The notes under the pieces were generated by a model, which did not search any database, was not told where the DNA came from, and saw nothing but the letters and a program-made list of their open reading frames with translations. This document shows positions 29,811-39,936 of a stretch of DNA of 64,000 bases, in pieces (position 1 is the first letter of the stretch; the number at the start of each line of letters is the position of its first letter). The position numbers and the translations under genes are program-made. The stretch lies in contig CACOGA010000006.1 of assembly GCA_902626585.1 (NCBI GenBank), forward strand, positions 14,155 to 78,154, read 5' to 3'. The DNA comes from an uncultured Bacteroidota bacterium (GTDB taxonomy: Bacteria > Bacteroidota > Bacteroidia > Flavobacteriales > Flavobacteriaceae).

Positions 29811-31665
29811 TCGAATAATTAATTCCAACCAATGAGTTGAAGCCAGGCATTGGAACCAGGTTTGTTTCTGAATATTCTGTATCTAAGATATTATTTAATA
29901 TAACCGATAAGGTAAATTTATTTAATTTGTAAGAGCTTCTAAAATCAATAATTGTATACTTTTCGTCATCTAACCTTTCAGAATTTTTGAAGGCAATAGT
30001 GGAATCAATTTTATCATTGATTTCAAATGTGTATGTAGTGGTAATTTGATTTTTTAATGAGTTTAAAGCATACCTAGAGAATATATAATTTGTTTCTAAA
30101 AGTTCATCATTAATATTGCTGTAGCCTACATTTATACTATGCATTCTTAAAGAACCTAAATAGAATTTATATCCAATATTTAATTCAAATCCATCAGTAA
30201 TTATTTCTCTTATATTATTAGCTTGCCATGGTTCTGATTCACTATTTCTAACATAATCAATAATATCAGATGCATCCCTACGGTATATTGATAAATTGAG
30301 ATTGAAATTATTTTTTAAATATTTAAGTCCAATTTCTTTGGTAAGAGCTTTTTCAAGTTTTAAGTTCTCATTCCCTATAGTGGTTGGACTCGAATAAAAT
30401 AAGTCAGTGTAAGTGGGTATCCTGTATGTATAACCAACATTACTATATAACTTCATATTTTCGTTAAATCTATATCCAAAATCTGCACCAGGATAGAAAA
30501 ATAAATTATTAAAAAAATTATCCTTAAAATTTAAATTTGTTGATACATCAGAAAAATATGAAATTGCTATGCCGGGTGTAAAATCAATTTTATCATTATT
30601 GAATTTCACCTGCTGCTCAATAAACATGTTTAGCATAGTTCTATTTCTCTGACCCAGATTATTACTGCTCAAAGATACTTTTGATAAGTCAAATCCTAAT
30701 CCTAAATTCCCTAATGAATTTAATTTTGAGCCATTAAGTTCAACCCCCACCTTATTAGAAATATGTAAGTTTCGGTAAACAGATGGATCTTGTCTTAGAT
30801 ACACATACATGTCCTGATTTCTTTTCCAGTATAGTTTTGGTTTTATTGTAAAATCATTCTTTTTGTATGTTGTACTAAATCCAACTAGACTAGCCTGGGT
30901 TTCTTCATACTGGTCAATTGCCAAGGGACTTGCGTAGAATCCGTTTGCTCCAAATTTTCTTTCATTAAACACACCTATGGCTGAAATTTTTTGATCTTTT
31001 ATTTTAAAACTACTTTTGATAAAGAATTCATCATTTTTATAGTCGGTATTATACCTGTAACCCTCAGACTCTTTTCTATTATAATTGAATAGTATATCTG
31101 AATTTTTAAGTTCTTTTTGTATTGTTAGGCTTCCTCTTTTTTGATCAAATGATCCACCACCAATTTCCACTGAGGCATCATTTTTAATATTATTTTTCGT
31201 GACAATATTTACAGCACCAGTAAAAGCGTTTTGTCCATATATTCTACTTGCAGATCCTTTTATGATTTCTATTTTTTCTATTACTCCTAACGGTATTGTC
31301 ATATTCATTGTGTGATGACCTGTTTGAGGATCTTCAACTTTTATCCCGTCAATTAATAATAATGTTTGGTCGAATGATCCGCCTCTTATATAAAGGTCAG
31401 CTTGCATCCCTTCAGCACCTCTTCTTCTAATGTCTAATCCAGCTACTTGTTGTAATAGTTCGCTAATACTTGTTGCGGTACTCTTTTGGATCTCTTCGTT
31501 GGATATCGTTAATATACTAATTGAATTATCTGCATCACTAATTTCTATTCTTGGACTAGAAATTAATTCGACTTGATCAAGTTTTATTTCTTCTTTATTG
31601 TCCTGGGCATTTGTGGGTATTGTGAGCGATTGAAAAACAAATATAACAAAGAGTAATTTTTTCAT
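29803..31665 (-). CDS. TonB-dependent receptor, BtuB/CirA-sized (substrate unknown)
   Basis: 620 aa with a signal peptide and plug IRRRGAEGMQADLYIRGGSFDQTLLLIDGI. Ends in an aromatic-rich beta strand. Confidence 0.85.
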   Translation of the reverse strand: MKKLLFVIFVFQSLTIPTNAQDNKEEIKLDQVELISSPRIEISDADNSISILTISNEEIQKSTATSISELLQQVAGLDIRRRGAEGMQADLYIRGGSFDQTLLLIDGIKVEDPQTGHHTMNMTIPLGVIEKIEIIKGSASRIYGQNAFTGAVNIVTKNNIKNDASVEIGGGSFDQKRGSLTIQKELKNSDILFNYNRKESEGYRYNTDYKNDEFFIKSSFKIKDQKISAIGVFNERKFGANGFYASPLAIDQYEETQASLVGFSTTYKKNDFTIKPKLYWKRNQDMYVYLRQDPSVYRNLHISNKVGVELNGSKLNSLGNLGLGFDLSKVSLSSNNLGQRNRTMLNMFIEQQVKFNNDKIDFTPGIAISYFSDVSTNLNFKDNFFNNLFFYPGADFGYRFNENMKLYSNVGYTYRIPTYTDLFYSSPTTIGNENLKLEKALTKEIGLKYLKNNFNLNLSIYRRDASDIIDYVRNSESEPWQANNIREIITDGFELNIGYKFYLGSLRMHSINVGYSNINDELLETNYIFSRYALNSLKNQITTTYTFEINDKIDSTIAFKNSERLDDEKYTIIDFRSSYKLNKFTLSVILNNILDTEYSETNLVPMPGFNSLVGINYSIN

Positions 31666-31790
31666 GTTTTTTGGATCAAATATTGATTTTTCAAAATTAC
31701 TTATTTGACTATACTTATCAAATTATTTGTTTGTTAAATAAGTTCTGAAATATTGTATTTTTTGAATCCTTAAAAACCTATATTTATATC

Positions 31791-33044
31791 ATGTTTGCCT
31801 TAATCGATTGTAATAATTTTTATGTTTCTTGTGAGAGAGTATTTAACCCTGCTTTAAACGGTAAACCTGTAGTTGTTTTATCTAATAATGATGGGTGTGC
31901 TATTTCTAGAAGTGACGAGGCTAAGAAATTAGGAATTCCAATGGGGGCTCCTATTTTCAAATATAAATCAATTATTAATCAGTATAATGTAGTTGTGCTA
32001 TCATCTAATTATCCTTTATATGCCGACATGAGTAACCGTGTTATGACAACTATTTCAAAGTTTATCCCAGATGTTGAAATATATAGTATTGATGAGGCCT
32101 TTTTAAAATTTGAAGGATATGAAAATTATGATCTTTTTAGTTATGCTTCAAAAATGAGAAATACAATTCTGAAATGGACTGGGATACCAACTTCTGTAGG
32201 AATTGCTCCTACAAAGTCTTTAGCAAAGATTTCTAATAAAATTGCAAGAAAATTCCCTAATCAAACTGAGCATGTATATATTTTAGAAACAGCCCATAAA
32301 AGGTATAAAGCATTAAATTATTTTCACTTAAATGATATTTGGGGAATAGGAAGAAGATTATCTAAGCGTCTCCAAAATATTGGATGTAAGAACGCATTAG
32401 ACTTTGTGAATTTACCTGAGCCATGGGTCAAATCAAATTTATCAATTGTTGAATTAAAAATTCAACAAGAATTAAAAGGTATTTCAAATTTAGATTTAGA
32501 TTCTCTGAGGGTCAAGAAGTCCATAGCTACTACCAGATCTTTTGAAAAACCCATTTCTGCTTTAGGTAAATTAAAAGAGAGAGTTTCAACTTTTTCACTT
32601 TCCTGTGCTGAAAAGTTGAGAAAACAGAACTCACTTTGCAATATTATGATTGTATTTATAAGGAGTAATTATTTTAGAAAAGACTTAAAACAACATTCTT
32701 GCTCTAGGGTTGTCACACTACCATATCCAACCAACTCTTCCTTTGTTTTAAATTGTTATGCTCTAAAAGCGATTGAAGATATGTTTCAATCTAAAATAGA
32801 TTATAAGAAAGCAGGTGTAATTGTTGCCAGTCTTGTGCCTGACGATAACTATCAGCTTGGTATCTTTGAAAATGAAGACTATAGGCATAAGCCCTTAATG
32901 AGAACTATAGACTACATTAATTCTAAGTATGGTGAAAAAATTAAATTAGCTAATCAAGACTTAGAAAGAAAATGGAAGATGAAACAAGAATTTTTATCTC
33001 CTTGTTATACCACAAAAATTGCAGACATTATCCAGATCAAATGA
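31791..33044 (+). CDS. umuC: Y-family translesion DNA polymerase (UmuC-like)
   Basis: 417 aa with MFALIDCNNFYVSCERVF and VVLSNNDGC. Followed by a UmuD-like gene. Confidence 0.9.
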   Translation: MFALIDCNNFYVSCERVFNPALNGKPVVVLSNNDGCAISRSDEAKKLGIPMGAPIFKYKSIINQYNVVVLSSNYPLYADMSNRVMTTISKFIPDVEIYSIDEAFLKFEGYENYDLFSYASKMRNTILKWTGIPTSVGIAPTKSLAKISNKIARKFPNQTEHVYILETAHKRYKALNYFHLNDIWGIGRRLSKRLQNIGCKNALDFVNLPEPWVKSNLSIVELKIQQELKGISNLDLDSLRVKKSIATTRSFEKPISALGKLKERVSTFSLSCAEKLRKQNSLCNIMIVFIRSNYFRKDLKQHSCSRVVTLPYPTNSSFVLNCYALKAIEDMFQSKIDYKKAGVIVASLVPDDNYQLGIFENEDYRHKPLMRTIDYINSKYGEKIKLANQDLERKWKMKQEFLSPCYTTKIADIIQIK

Positions 33045-33475
33045 AAAATAGAAAAAAACTAAATTTTTTTACACCAAGTAGAGATAATAATCTGGAGGCA
33101 ATTTTAATAAACGCTGGTATATCAGCTGGTTTTCCTTCACCTGCAGGGGATTTTAAGCAAGAAAGAATAAGTTTAGATGAGGAGCTGATAAAAAATAAAG
33201 AAGCTACTTTTTTTGCTAGGGTTTCGGGTGAGTCAATGATAAATGCCGGTTTAGAAGATGGAGATTTGATTGTAATCGACAGAAGTATAGAACCTAGTAA
33301 CAATAAAATTGCAGTTTGTTTTATTGACGGAGAATTTACGGTAAAAAGAATAATTGTAAAGAAAGATAAAGTCTGGTTAAAGCCAGAAAATTCTAGTTAT
33401 AAAGCAATTGAGGTAAAAGATAACGATCAATTAGTTATATGGGGAATAGTAACAAATGTTATTAAGAAGTTGTAG
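33041..33475 (+). CDS. umuD: S24 peptidase, UmuD-like autoproteolytic subunit
   Basis: Start taken at ATG 33041 (ATGA overlap with the umuC stop). Cleavage-site context SAGFPSPAGD, Ser in SGESM, Lys in FTVKR. No N-terminal HTH domain. Confidence 0.85.
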   Translation: MKNRKKLNFFTPSRDNNLEAILINAGISAGFPSPAGDFKQERISLDEELIKNKEATFFARVSGESMINAGLEDGDLIVIDRSIEPSNNKIAVCFIDGEFTVKRIIVKKDKVWLKPENSSYKAIEVKDNDQLVIWGIVTNVIKKL

Positions 33476-33480
33476 AATAT

Positions 33481-33756
33481 TTATTCTACTAATGCGGTTA
33501 CCTTATTATTTTTAACTTCAACAGTACCAGAATTAATATCTAAAAAATAGCCTCTATCCCCTTTTGTAAAGACCTCCTTTTGAACATCGTCAAGGGATAT
33601 ATTTCCATAGATTTTTATAGCACCTTTTTTTAAGTTAGATAAAATTGCAGCGTGATTGTTTAGCATTTCAAATTCACCATCAACTCCGGGTACCGCAACG
33701 GATTCCACTTCACCCGTAAAAATTATTTTTTCTGGAGAAATTATTTCTAAAATCAT
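33481..33756 (-). CDS. atpC: F0F1 ATP synthase epsilon subunit
   Basis: 91 aa directly downstream of atpD. Only the N-terminal beta-sandwich is present. Confidence 0.85.
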   Translation of the reverse strand: MILEIISPEKIIFTGEVESVAVPGVDGEFEMLNNHAAILSNLKKGAIKIYGNISLDDVQKEVFTKGDRGYFLDINSGTVEVKNNKVTALVE

Positions 33757-33767
33757 TATGTAAAAGT

Positions 33768-35306
<1,539 letters not shown>

Positions 35307-35314
35307 TTACGTGG

Positions 35315-35322
35315 CAAATATA
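35315..35322 (-). promoter_or_regulatory. candidate Bacteroidetes -7 promoter box (TATATTTG on minus strand) for atpDC
   Basis: Plus-strand caaatata is the reverse complement of TAnnTTTG. It ends 44 nt upstream of the atpD ATG. Confidence 0.35.
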
Positions 35323-35379
35323 TATTTTTTATGAAATATATTCAATAGATTTTTTAACTATTAATCAATTATTTTAAAC

Positions 35380-35416
35380 AAAAAAAAAGTCTAGAAATAT
35401 TCTAGACTTTTTTTTG
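35380..35416 (-). terminator. rho-independent terminator after the receptor/lipoprotein operon
   Basis: Sequence aaaaaaaaa-gtctagaa-ata-ttctagac-ttttttttt: a perfect 8-bp stem and 3-nt loop flanked by A9/T9 runs, 20 nt past the stop at 35436. Confidence 0.85.
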
Positions 35417-35435
35417 TTTTAGCTTGTTTTTAAGA

Positions 35436-36911
35436 CTAAATACCGTCAGGATAATTAGTTGGATAATCACCAATATCTAATCCAGATGCTGAAAGGGTAG
35501 ATCCCCATGTAGCATCAATAGCTTCCATCATCTTTTTAGCAATTAAAGCACTTCCTCTGGATGTCGGGTGATACCCATCAAGCCCAAAGAATCCTCCAAA
35601 TACTAAATCACCTGTCATATTGAAGTCATCTTCAAAAACTCCAGTGGTAACAACTTCATTATATAATCCACCTAAATCAAATAGTGCCCACCCGTTTGGA
35701 ACTGATGCAGATATAGCAGCATTAGCAGTTGCAAGTTCGGATTGTATATATGCAATTTCATTGCCCATCAACGTAAACTGATCTGCAAGAGGCGCTGAAA
35801 CACCCCAAACACCTAAAGCAGGGTTACTTGGATCTACAGGATTACCTAAAAGAGCAGCTGCGGTTAAACCAATTTTATCATTTGCATTGGCTTGTCTTAT
35901 ATTTGGTAGAACAGGACCGCCTAAAGCACTAAGATCAATTAGTGTTAAGCTTTCATCTTCTATAAGAACACCATTCTGACCAGCAACAGCATTTACGAAT
36001 CTTAATGCCGCTTCTTCTTGTGATATCACACCGAATAATGCAGCTATTGCTACCGCTCCATTGTATGGGTCAGCAAGTAAAGCATTTAATTGATCTGCAG
36101 TAGCTTGATCTAAAGGAATTGAATTCCAAGGGATAGTATTCCACTGTGGTGTGTTAGATGGATCAGGCAAAGTAGTAACAACTCCGCTAGGAACCATCGC
36201 TCCTAAAGTTTGAAGAGTTGCACCAACTCCGACAAGCATTCCTTGCGGACTCGTTAAGTCTAGCGTTGTACCTAGTAAACCACTGGCTCCAAAACCTGCG
36301 TACGCAGCAAAATCGTTTCCAGGTACTACAGTTACAAATGTTGGCATTTGACCTGCAGCATCACCCAAAACAGTTGCTCCGTCACTAGATGCAGCTCTTA
36401 CAAACCATGGGTTTGCAGCACCTACTGCCAATCCGGCTAAACTACCGTATCCAGGTGCAACCATGTGAATACCATTAACAAAAGGGAAAGCCATGTTATT
36501 ATATGGTCCAGGCATTGTACTGGTTGCTTCGTTAGTAATATTTCCACTAACTGGAGCTGGGCCAGCACCGTTAAAGTAAAGTCTCTCACTCCAAAATTCT
36601 TGTCCACCAACTAACATACCTCCTACATTGTCATTTGTGTAAGGTTGGGTGAATTCACCACCTCCGGCCATCGCCATAACTCCAGCCATGATATTTGGAT
36701 AGGAGTTCATTTGACCCGCCATGAATAATGAGCCGTCTGTCATACCAGCTGTGATTCCTTCCCCCATAGCAACATAAGTGCTGAAGTCAGCATCACCAGA
36801 GTCTATATCCATATAGGGTTCCGGATAGACTTCGTCTGGATTAACAACATCTGTTTCACAACTCCAAAGAGCTAACATGAAAACAGAAAGTAATAAATAT
36901 TTAATTTTCAT
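35436..36911 (-). CDS. Ala/Gly-rich outer-membrane lipoprotein, SGNH/GDSL-hydrolase-like but with GEG in place of GDS
   Basis: 491 aa with lipobox LALWSC. YVAMGEGITAGMTDG resembles SGNH block I, VVPGNDF block III and LDGYHP block V. Only 5 Lys. Lies 19 nt downstream of the TonB-dependent receptor. Confidence 0.55.
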   Translation of the reverse strand: MKIKYLLLSVFMLALWSCETDVVNPDEVYPEPYMDIDSGDADFSTYVAMGEGITAGMTDGSLFMAGQMNSYPNIMAGVMAMAGGGEFTQPYTNDNVGGMLVGGQEFWSERLYFNGAGPAPVSGNITNEATSTMPGPYNNMAFPFVNGIHMVAPGYGSLAGLAVGAANPWFVRAASSDGATVLGDAAGQMPTFVTVVPGNDFAAYAGFGASGLLGTTLDLTSPQGMLVGVGATLQTLGAMVPSGVVTTLPDPSNTPQWNTIPWNSIPLDQATADQLNALLADPYNGAVAIAALFGVISQEEAALRFVNAVAGQNGVLIEDESLTLIDLSALGGPVLPNIRQANANDKIGLTAAALLGNPVDPSNPALGVWGVSAPLADQFTLMGNEIAYIQSELATANAAISASVPNGWALFDLGGLYNEVVTTGVFEDDFNMTGDLVFGGFFGLDGYHPTSRGSALIAKKMMEAIDATWGSTLSASGLDIGDYPTNYPDGI

Positions 36912-36930
36912 AATTATATTATTTTAATTT

Positions 36931-39711
36931 TTAAAAGTTATTAGCTGTCCAAGAAATATAGTATTGTGTTCCAATAAATCCAGAACCAAATGCAGTAAAG
37001 TATTCCTCACCACCTAAGTTTGTAGCACCAACTTTAATAGTTGACTTCCACTTAGGAACTGTAAGGTTAAATTGTGCATCTATTACGTGAGTTTCTGGCA
37101 CCATACCATCTCCGAAAGATGCTTGCCATAAATACTCACTCCAGTATCTCCAAGCAACATTAAATCCGAAATTTCTGAAAAGCTCTGTATTACCAAACTG
37201 AGCCTTAATTTTGTGCTCAGGTGTATTCCAGTTTGTTCTGAAATCTGGATATAAATCTTGTTCAAATTCTAATTCAGCTTTTGTGTAACTAGCAGATAAA
37301 TCAAAGTTTCCAAAGATTTTTGTTTGAGCACCTACAGAGATTCCCCAAGAGGAAATTTCTGCTGGAGAGTTCGTATATGAACTCCATGTCTCAAAGTCAC
37401 CATTAGCCATTGCCAATACAGACAGGCCACCATCACCTACCTCACCATATAGAGGAGATAATACAACTTGCGTATTGATGAAATCTTGAAAATCATTTCT
37501 ATATACGGCAGCATCTACAGTAAATGTTCTAGAAAGCTTACCTCTAAAACCAAACTCCATTGATTGCATTTGCTCTGGCTTAACATAATCAACTTGAGCT
37601 ACTCTAAGAAGTGAGGGATCGCCTGCAGCGGCAAAAGCTTGTACTGAGCTAGCCTCATAAGAATTATTATATGCAGAAGCACCAGAAACAGTAACTGTAG
37701 CTGGGATTCCTAAAGCTTGACCAGCAGCACTAATACCATAATCTCTTATATATCTTTCAGGGTTACCTTCAGCAGAACCTACAAGTCTAGCTTGTCCCGC
37801 ATCAAGTCCTATAAATAAATCCTGAGTTGTTGGAGTTCTAAATCCTGTTTGATAAGAAACTCTGAAGTTTAAATTTTTATATTCTCCAGCAGTATAACTT
37901 AAAACCGCTCTTGGTGAAAACTGTCCATCAAAGTACTCTGATTTGTCATATCTAATAGCACCTGTAACAACAAGTCTTTCATCCATCATTTTCTTTACGG
38001 CTTGTGTATAGAAACCTGTTTCTTGATATTCAATAGGACCATCAACATCAGTAAAGATAGTTCCACCAGAATTTAGAGAGTATCTTCTAGCAGATCCACC
38101 AACTTGAACCTCAGCCCAATCCCACATATGACCGAAGTTATAATTATAGTCTAAGTGGTAGAATTTAGAATTATCGGTAAATCTCGCACCAGTTGTTAAA
38201 TCTGGATCTTGAATTACCTCAGCTAAATTTGCATTAAACTCAGCTGAGCCAGGAAGCCATCTTCCAGTATCAGCAGTTTGTCTTGCTAATTCATGCGCTT
38301 GAGTAATATTTAAACCAGCTAATTGCCCATTTACAATACCCCCAACGTACTCAGCAAACCAGTTTAAGTCTGGTTTCCATCTTCTATTCACGTTGATTGC
38401 AGCAAATGTCATATCATATGAGTCTCCTGCATTATCTTCAACAACATATGCTCTCGCAAACCAATTATCATTGGTTACTTCAAGTTTGTGTTGAGTCATT
38501 AAGAAGTTTTTGATAGCATATCTGTTAATACCTTGATATAAGGTTTTACCAGTACCCCATTTTCCAACATATGAAATCTCAAGGTTACTGTCTTCGATAG
38601 GTCTGTAGTAAACACCCCAGTCAGCCTTTTTACTTGTAGCATCAGGTTCTGCCATATCTGTTTCATTATATCCAGTTCTGCTAACAGTTTCAGATGGTAC
38701 TAATGCTTCTGCACCAGCCGGTAGAAGACCTAGCTGAACCATTGATTGTGCTACACCGTAGATGTTGGTGGCGACTTCGTCACCATAAATATTAATTCCA
38801 TCGTGATTGTAGTCACCTGGGAAGACAGATCTATTTAATTTATCTTTCTCACTGTTTGCAATCCAGTCAGTACCTGTTAAATAACCAAAATTAACCTTCA
38901 TTGCAAGTTTATCACTGAATTTATGTCCCCATCTAATTTGAACATCTTGGAATTCATTTGTTCCAGCAGCATCTTGTACGGTAACACCTCTTTTGTATTG
39001 ACCACTAACTCCTTGGTGATCAAAAGGATTTTTACTTCTCATTAAAAGAATACCGTTAAAAGCATTTGCACCGTAAAGAGCCGAAGAAGTACCAGGTACT
39101 AATTCAACGTCTAATACATCTGTTTCGACCATACCCAATAAGTTACCTAATGGGAAATTAAGCGCAGGAGCTGAATTATCCATCCCATCAACCAATTGTA
39201 CAAATCTGGTATTTGCAAATGTTGCGAAACCTCTTGTATTGATCGATTTAAAAGTAAAACTATTTACGTTTATATCCACACCTTTTAAGTTTTCAAGACC
39301 ATCATAAAAGTCTGCCGATGCAGTAGTTCTGATGTCTTTTGTCCCAAACCTTTCTACAGTTACTGGGGATTCGAAAACTCTCTGTGGAGTTCTTGAAGCT
39401 GATACTACAACTTCGTCAAGTGCTGTATCATCTTGTAATACAATATTTATTGTTGAACTTCCTGTAACTTCAACAGTTGCAGGTTTAAAACCAACGCTAC
39501 TTGCCTGGATGCTAAAAGGAGCATCCATATCAACAGTAATTGAATAATTACCATCAAAATCAGCTGCAACACCACTTGATGTTCCAACTACAATAACTGT
39601 AGCGCCTGATAATGGTTGGTCATTTTGATCAGTTATGCTACCAGACACAGTTGTCTGAGCATAAGTAAAAACACCAACTAACATTATTAAAATCTTAAGA
39701 ATTGTTCTCAT
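36931..39711 (-). CDS. TonB-dependent receptor with CarboxypepD_reg N-terminal domain (non-SusC type)
   Basis: 926 aa with a signal peptide, GSITDQNDQPLSGATVIVVGT, plug DEVVVSASRTPQRVFESPVTVE, and C-terminal ...YISWTANNF. Confidence 0.9.
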   Translation of the reverse strand: MRTILKILIMLVGVFTYAQTTVSGSITDQNDQPLSGATVIVVGTSSGVAADFDGNYSITVDMDAPFSIQASSVGFKPATVEVTGSSTINIVLQDDTALDEVVVSASRTPQRVFESPVTVERFGTKDIRTTASADFYDGLENLKGVDINVNSFTFKSINTRGFATFANTRFVQLVDGMDNSAPALNFPLGNLLGMVETDVLDVELVPGTSSALYGANAFNGILLMRSKNPFDHQGVSGQYKRGVTVQDAAGTNEFQDVQIRWGHKFSDKLAMKVNFGYLTGTDWIANSEKDKLNRSVFPGDYNHDGINIYGDEVATNIYGVAQSMVQLGLLPAGAEALVPSETVSRTGYNETDMAEPDATSKKADWGVYYRPIEDSNLEISYVGKWGTGKTLYQGINRYAIKNFLMTQHKLEVTNDNWFARAYVVEDNAGDSYDMTFAAINVNRRWKPDLNWFAEYVGGIVNGQLAGLNITQAHELARQTADTGRWLPGSAEFNANLAEVIQDPDLTTGARFTDNSKFYHLDYNYNFGHMWDWAEVQVGGSARRYSLNSGGTIFTDVDGPIEYQETGFYTQAVKKMMDERLVVTGAIRYDKSEYFDGQFSPRAVLSYTAGEYKNLNFRVSYQTGFRTPTTQDLFIGLDAGQARLVGSAEGNPERYIRDYGISAAGQALGIPATVTVSGASAYNNSYEASSVQAFAAAGDPSLLRVAQVDYVKPEQMQSMEFGFRGKLSRTFTVDAAVYRNDFQDFINTQVVLSPLYGEVGDGGLSVLAMANGDFETWSSYTNSPAEISSWGISVGAQTKIFGNFDLSASYTKAELEFEQDLYPDFRTNWNTPEHKIKAQFGNTELFRNFGFNVAWRYWSEYLWQASFGDGMVPETHVIDAQFNLTVPKWKSTIKVGATNLGGEEYFTAFGSGFIGTQYYISWTANNF

Positions 39712-39936
39712 AGTTTGTTTATGTTTAATTTTTAATAGGTTAAATATATGTTAATAATCTGTTAACGCAATGCATAATTGTAAAAAAATGGCATTAAAAA
39801 ATAAATTTTTATTAAAAATATTATTGAATTTTTTATTAATTCCTAAAGATTATTGTATTATATGGTTATTTTAATTAATATATACTCAAAAAATTAACAC
39901 TTTTGATTAGAATTAGATATTTGGTGTAAAATGACA

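Noticed and set aside
31666-31790. Cobalamin riboswitch upstream of the BtuB-sized TonB-dependent receptor (29803..31665).
   Set aside because: Only 125 nt of very AT-rich sequence is available, shared with the umuC promoter. There is no GC-rich B12-box-like element and no room for an aptamer of about 200 nt.
33472-33489. Hairpin gtagaat-attt-attctac spanning the convergent umuD and atpC stop codons, considered as a bidirectional terminator.
   Set aside because: It has a 7-bp AT-rich stem with no flanking U-tract, so it is weak as evidence. The stop codons TAG/TTA themselves create part of the palindrome.
35436-39711. GC-rich block considered as a horizontally acquired island.
   Set aside because: There are no integrase, transposase, tRNA or direct-repeat boundaries. 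Third codon positions stay A/T-biased, with C-ending two-fold codons frequent. The excess GC comes from Ala/Gly/Pro-rich amino-acid composition, and atpD nearby shows a similar GC elevation. High expression of native genes is the simpler explanation.
39788-39874. 28-aa hydrophobic ORF (MALKNKFLLKILLNFLLIPKDYCIIWLF) on the plus strand in the 225-bp leader of the receptor operon.
   Set aside because: The region is extremely AT-rich, so short ORFs like this arise by chance. There is no recognisable promoter, and the ORF runs opposite to the flanking transcription.
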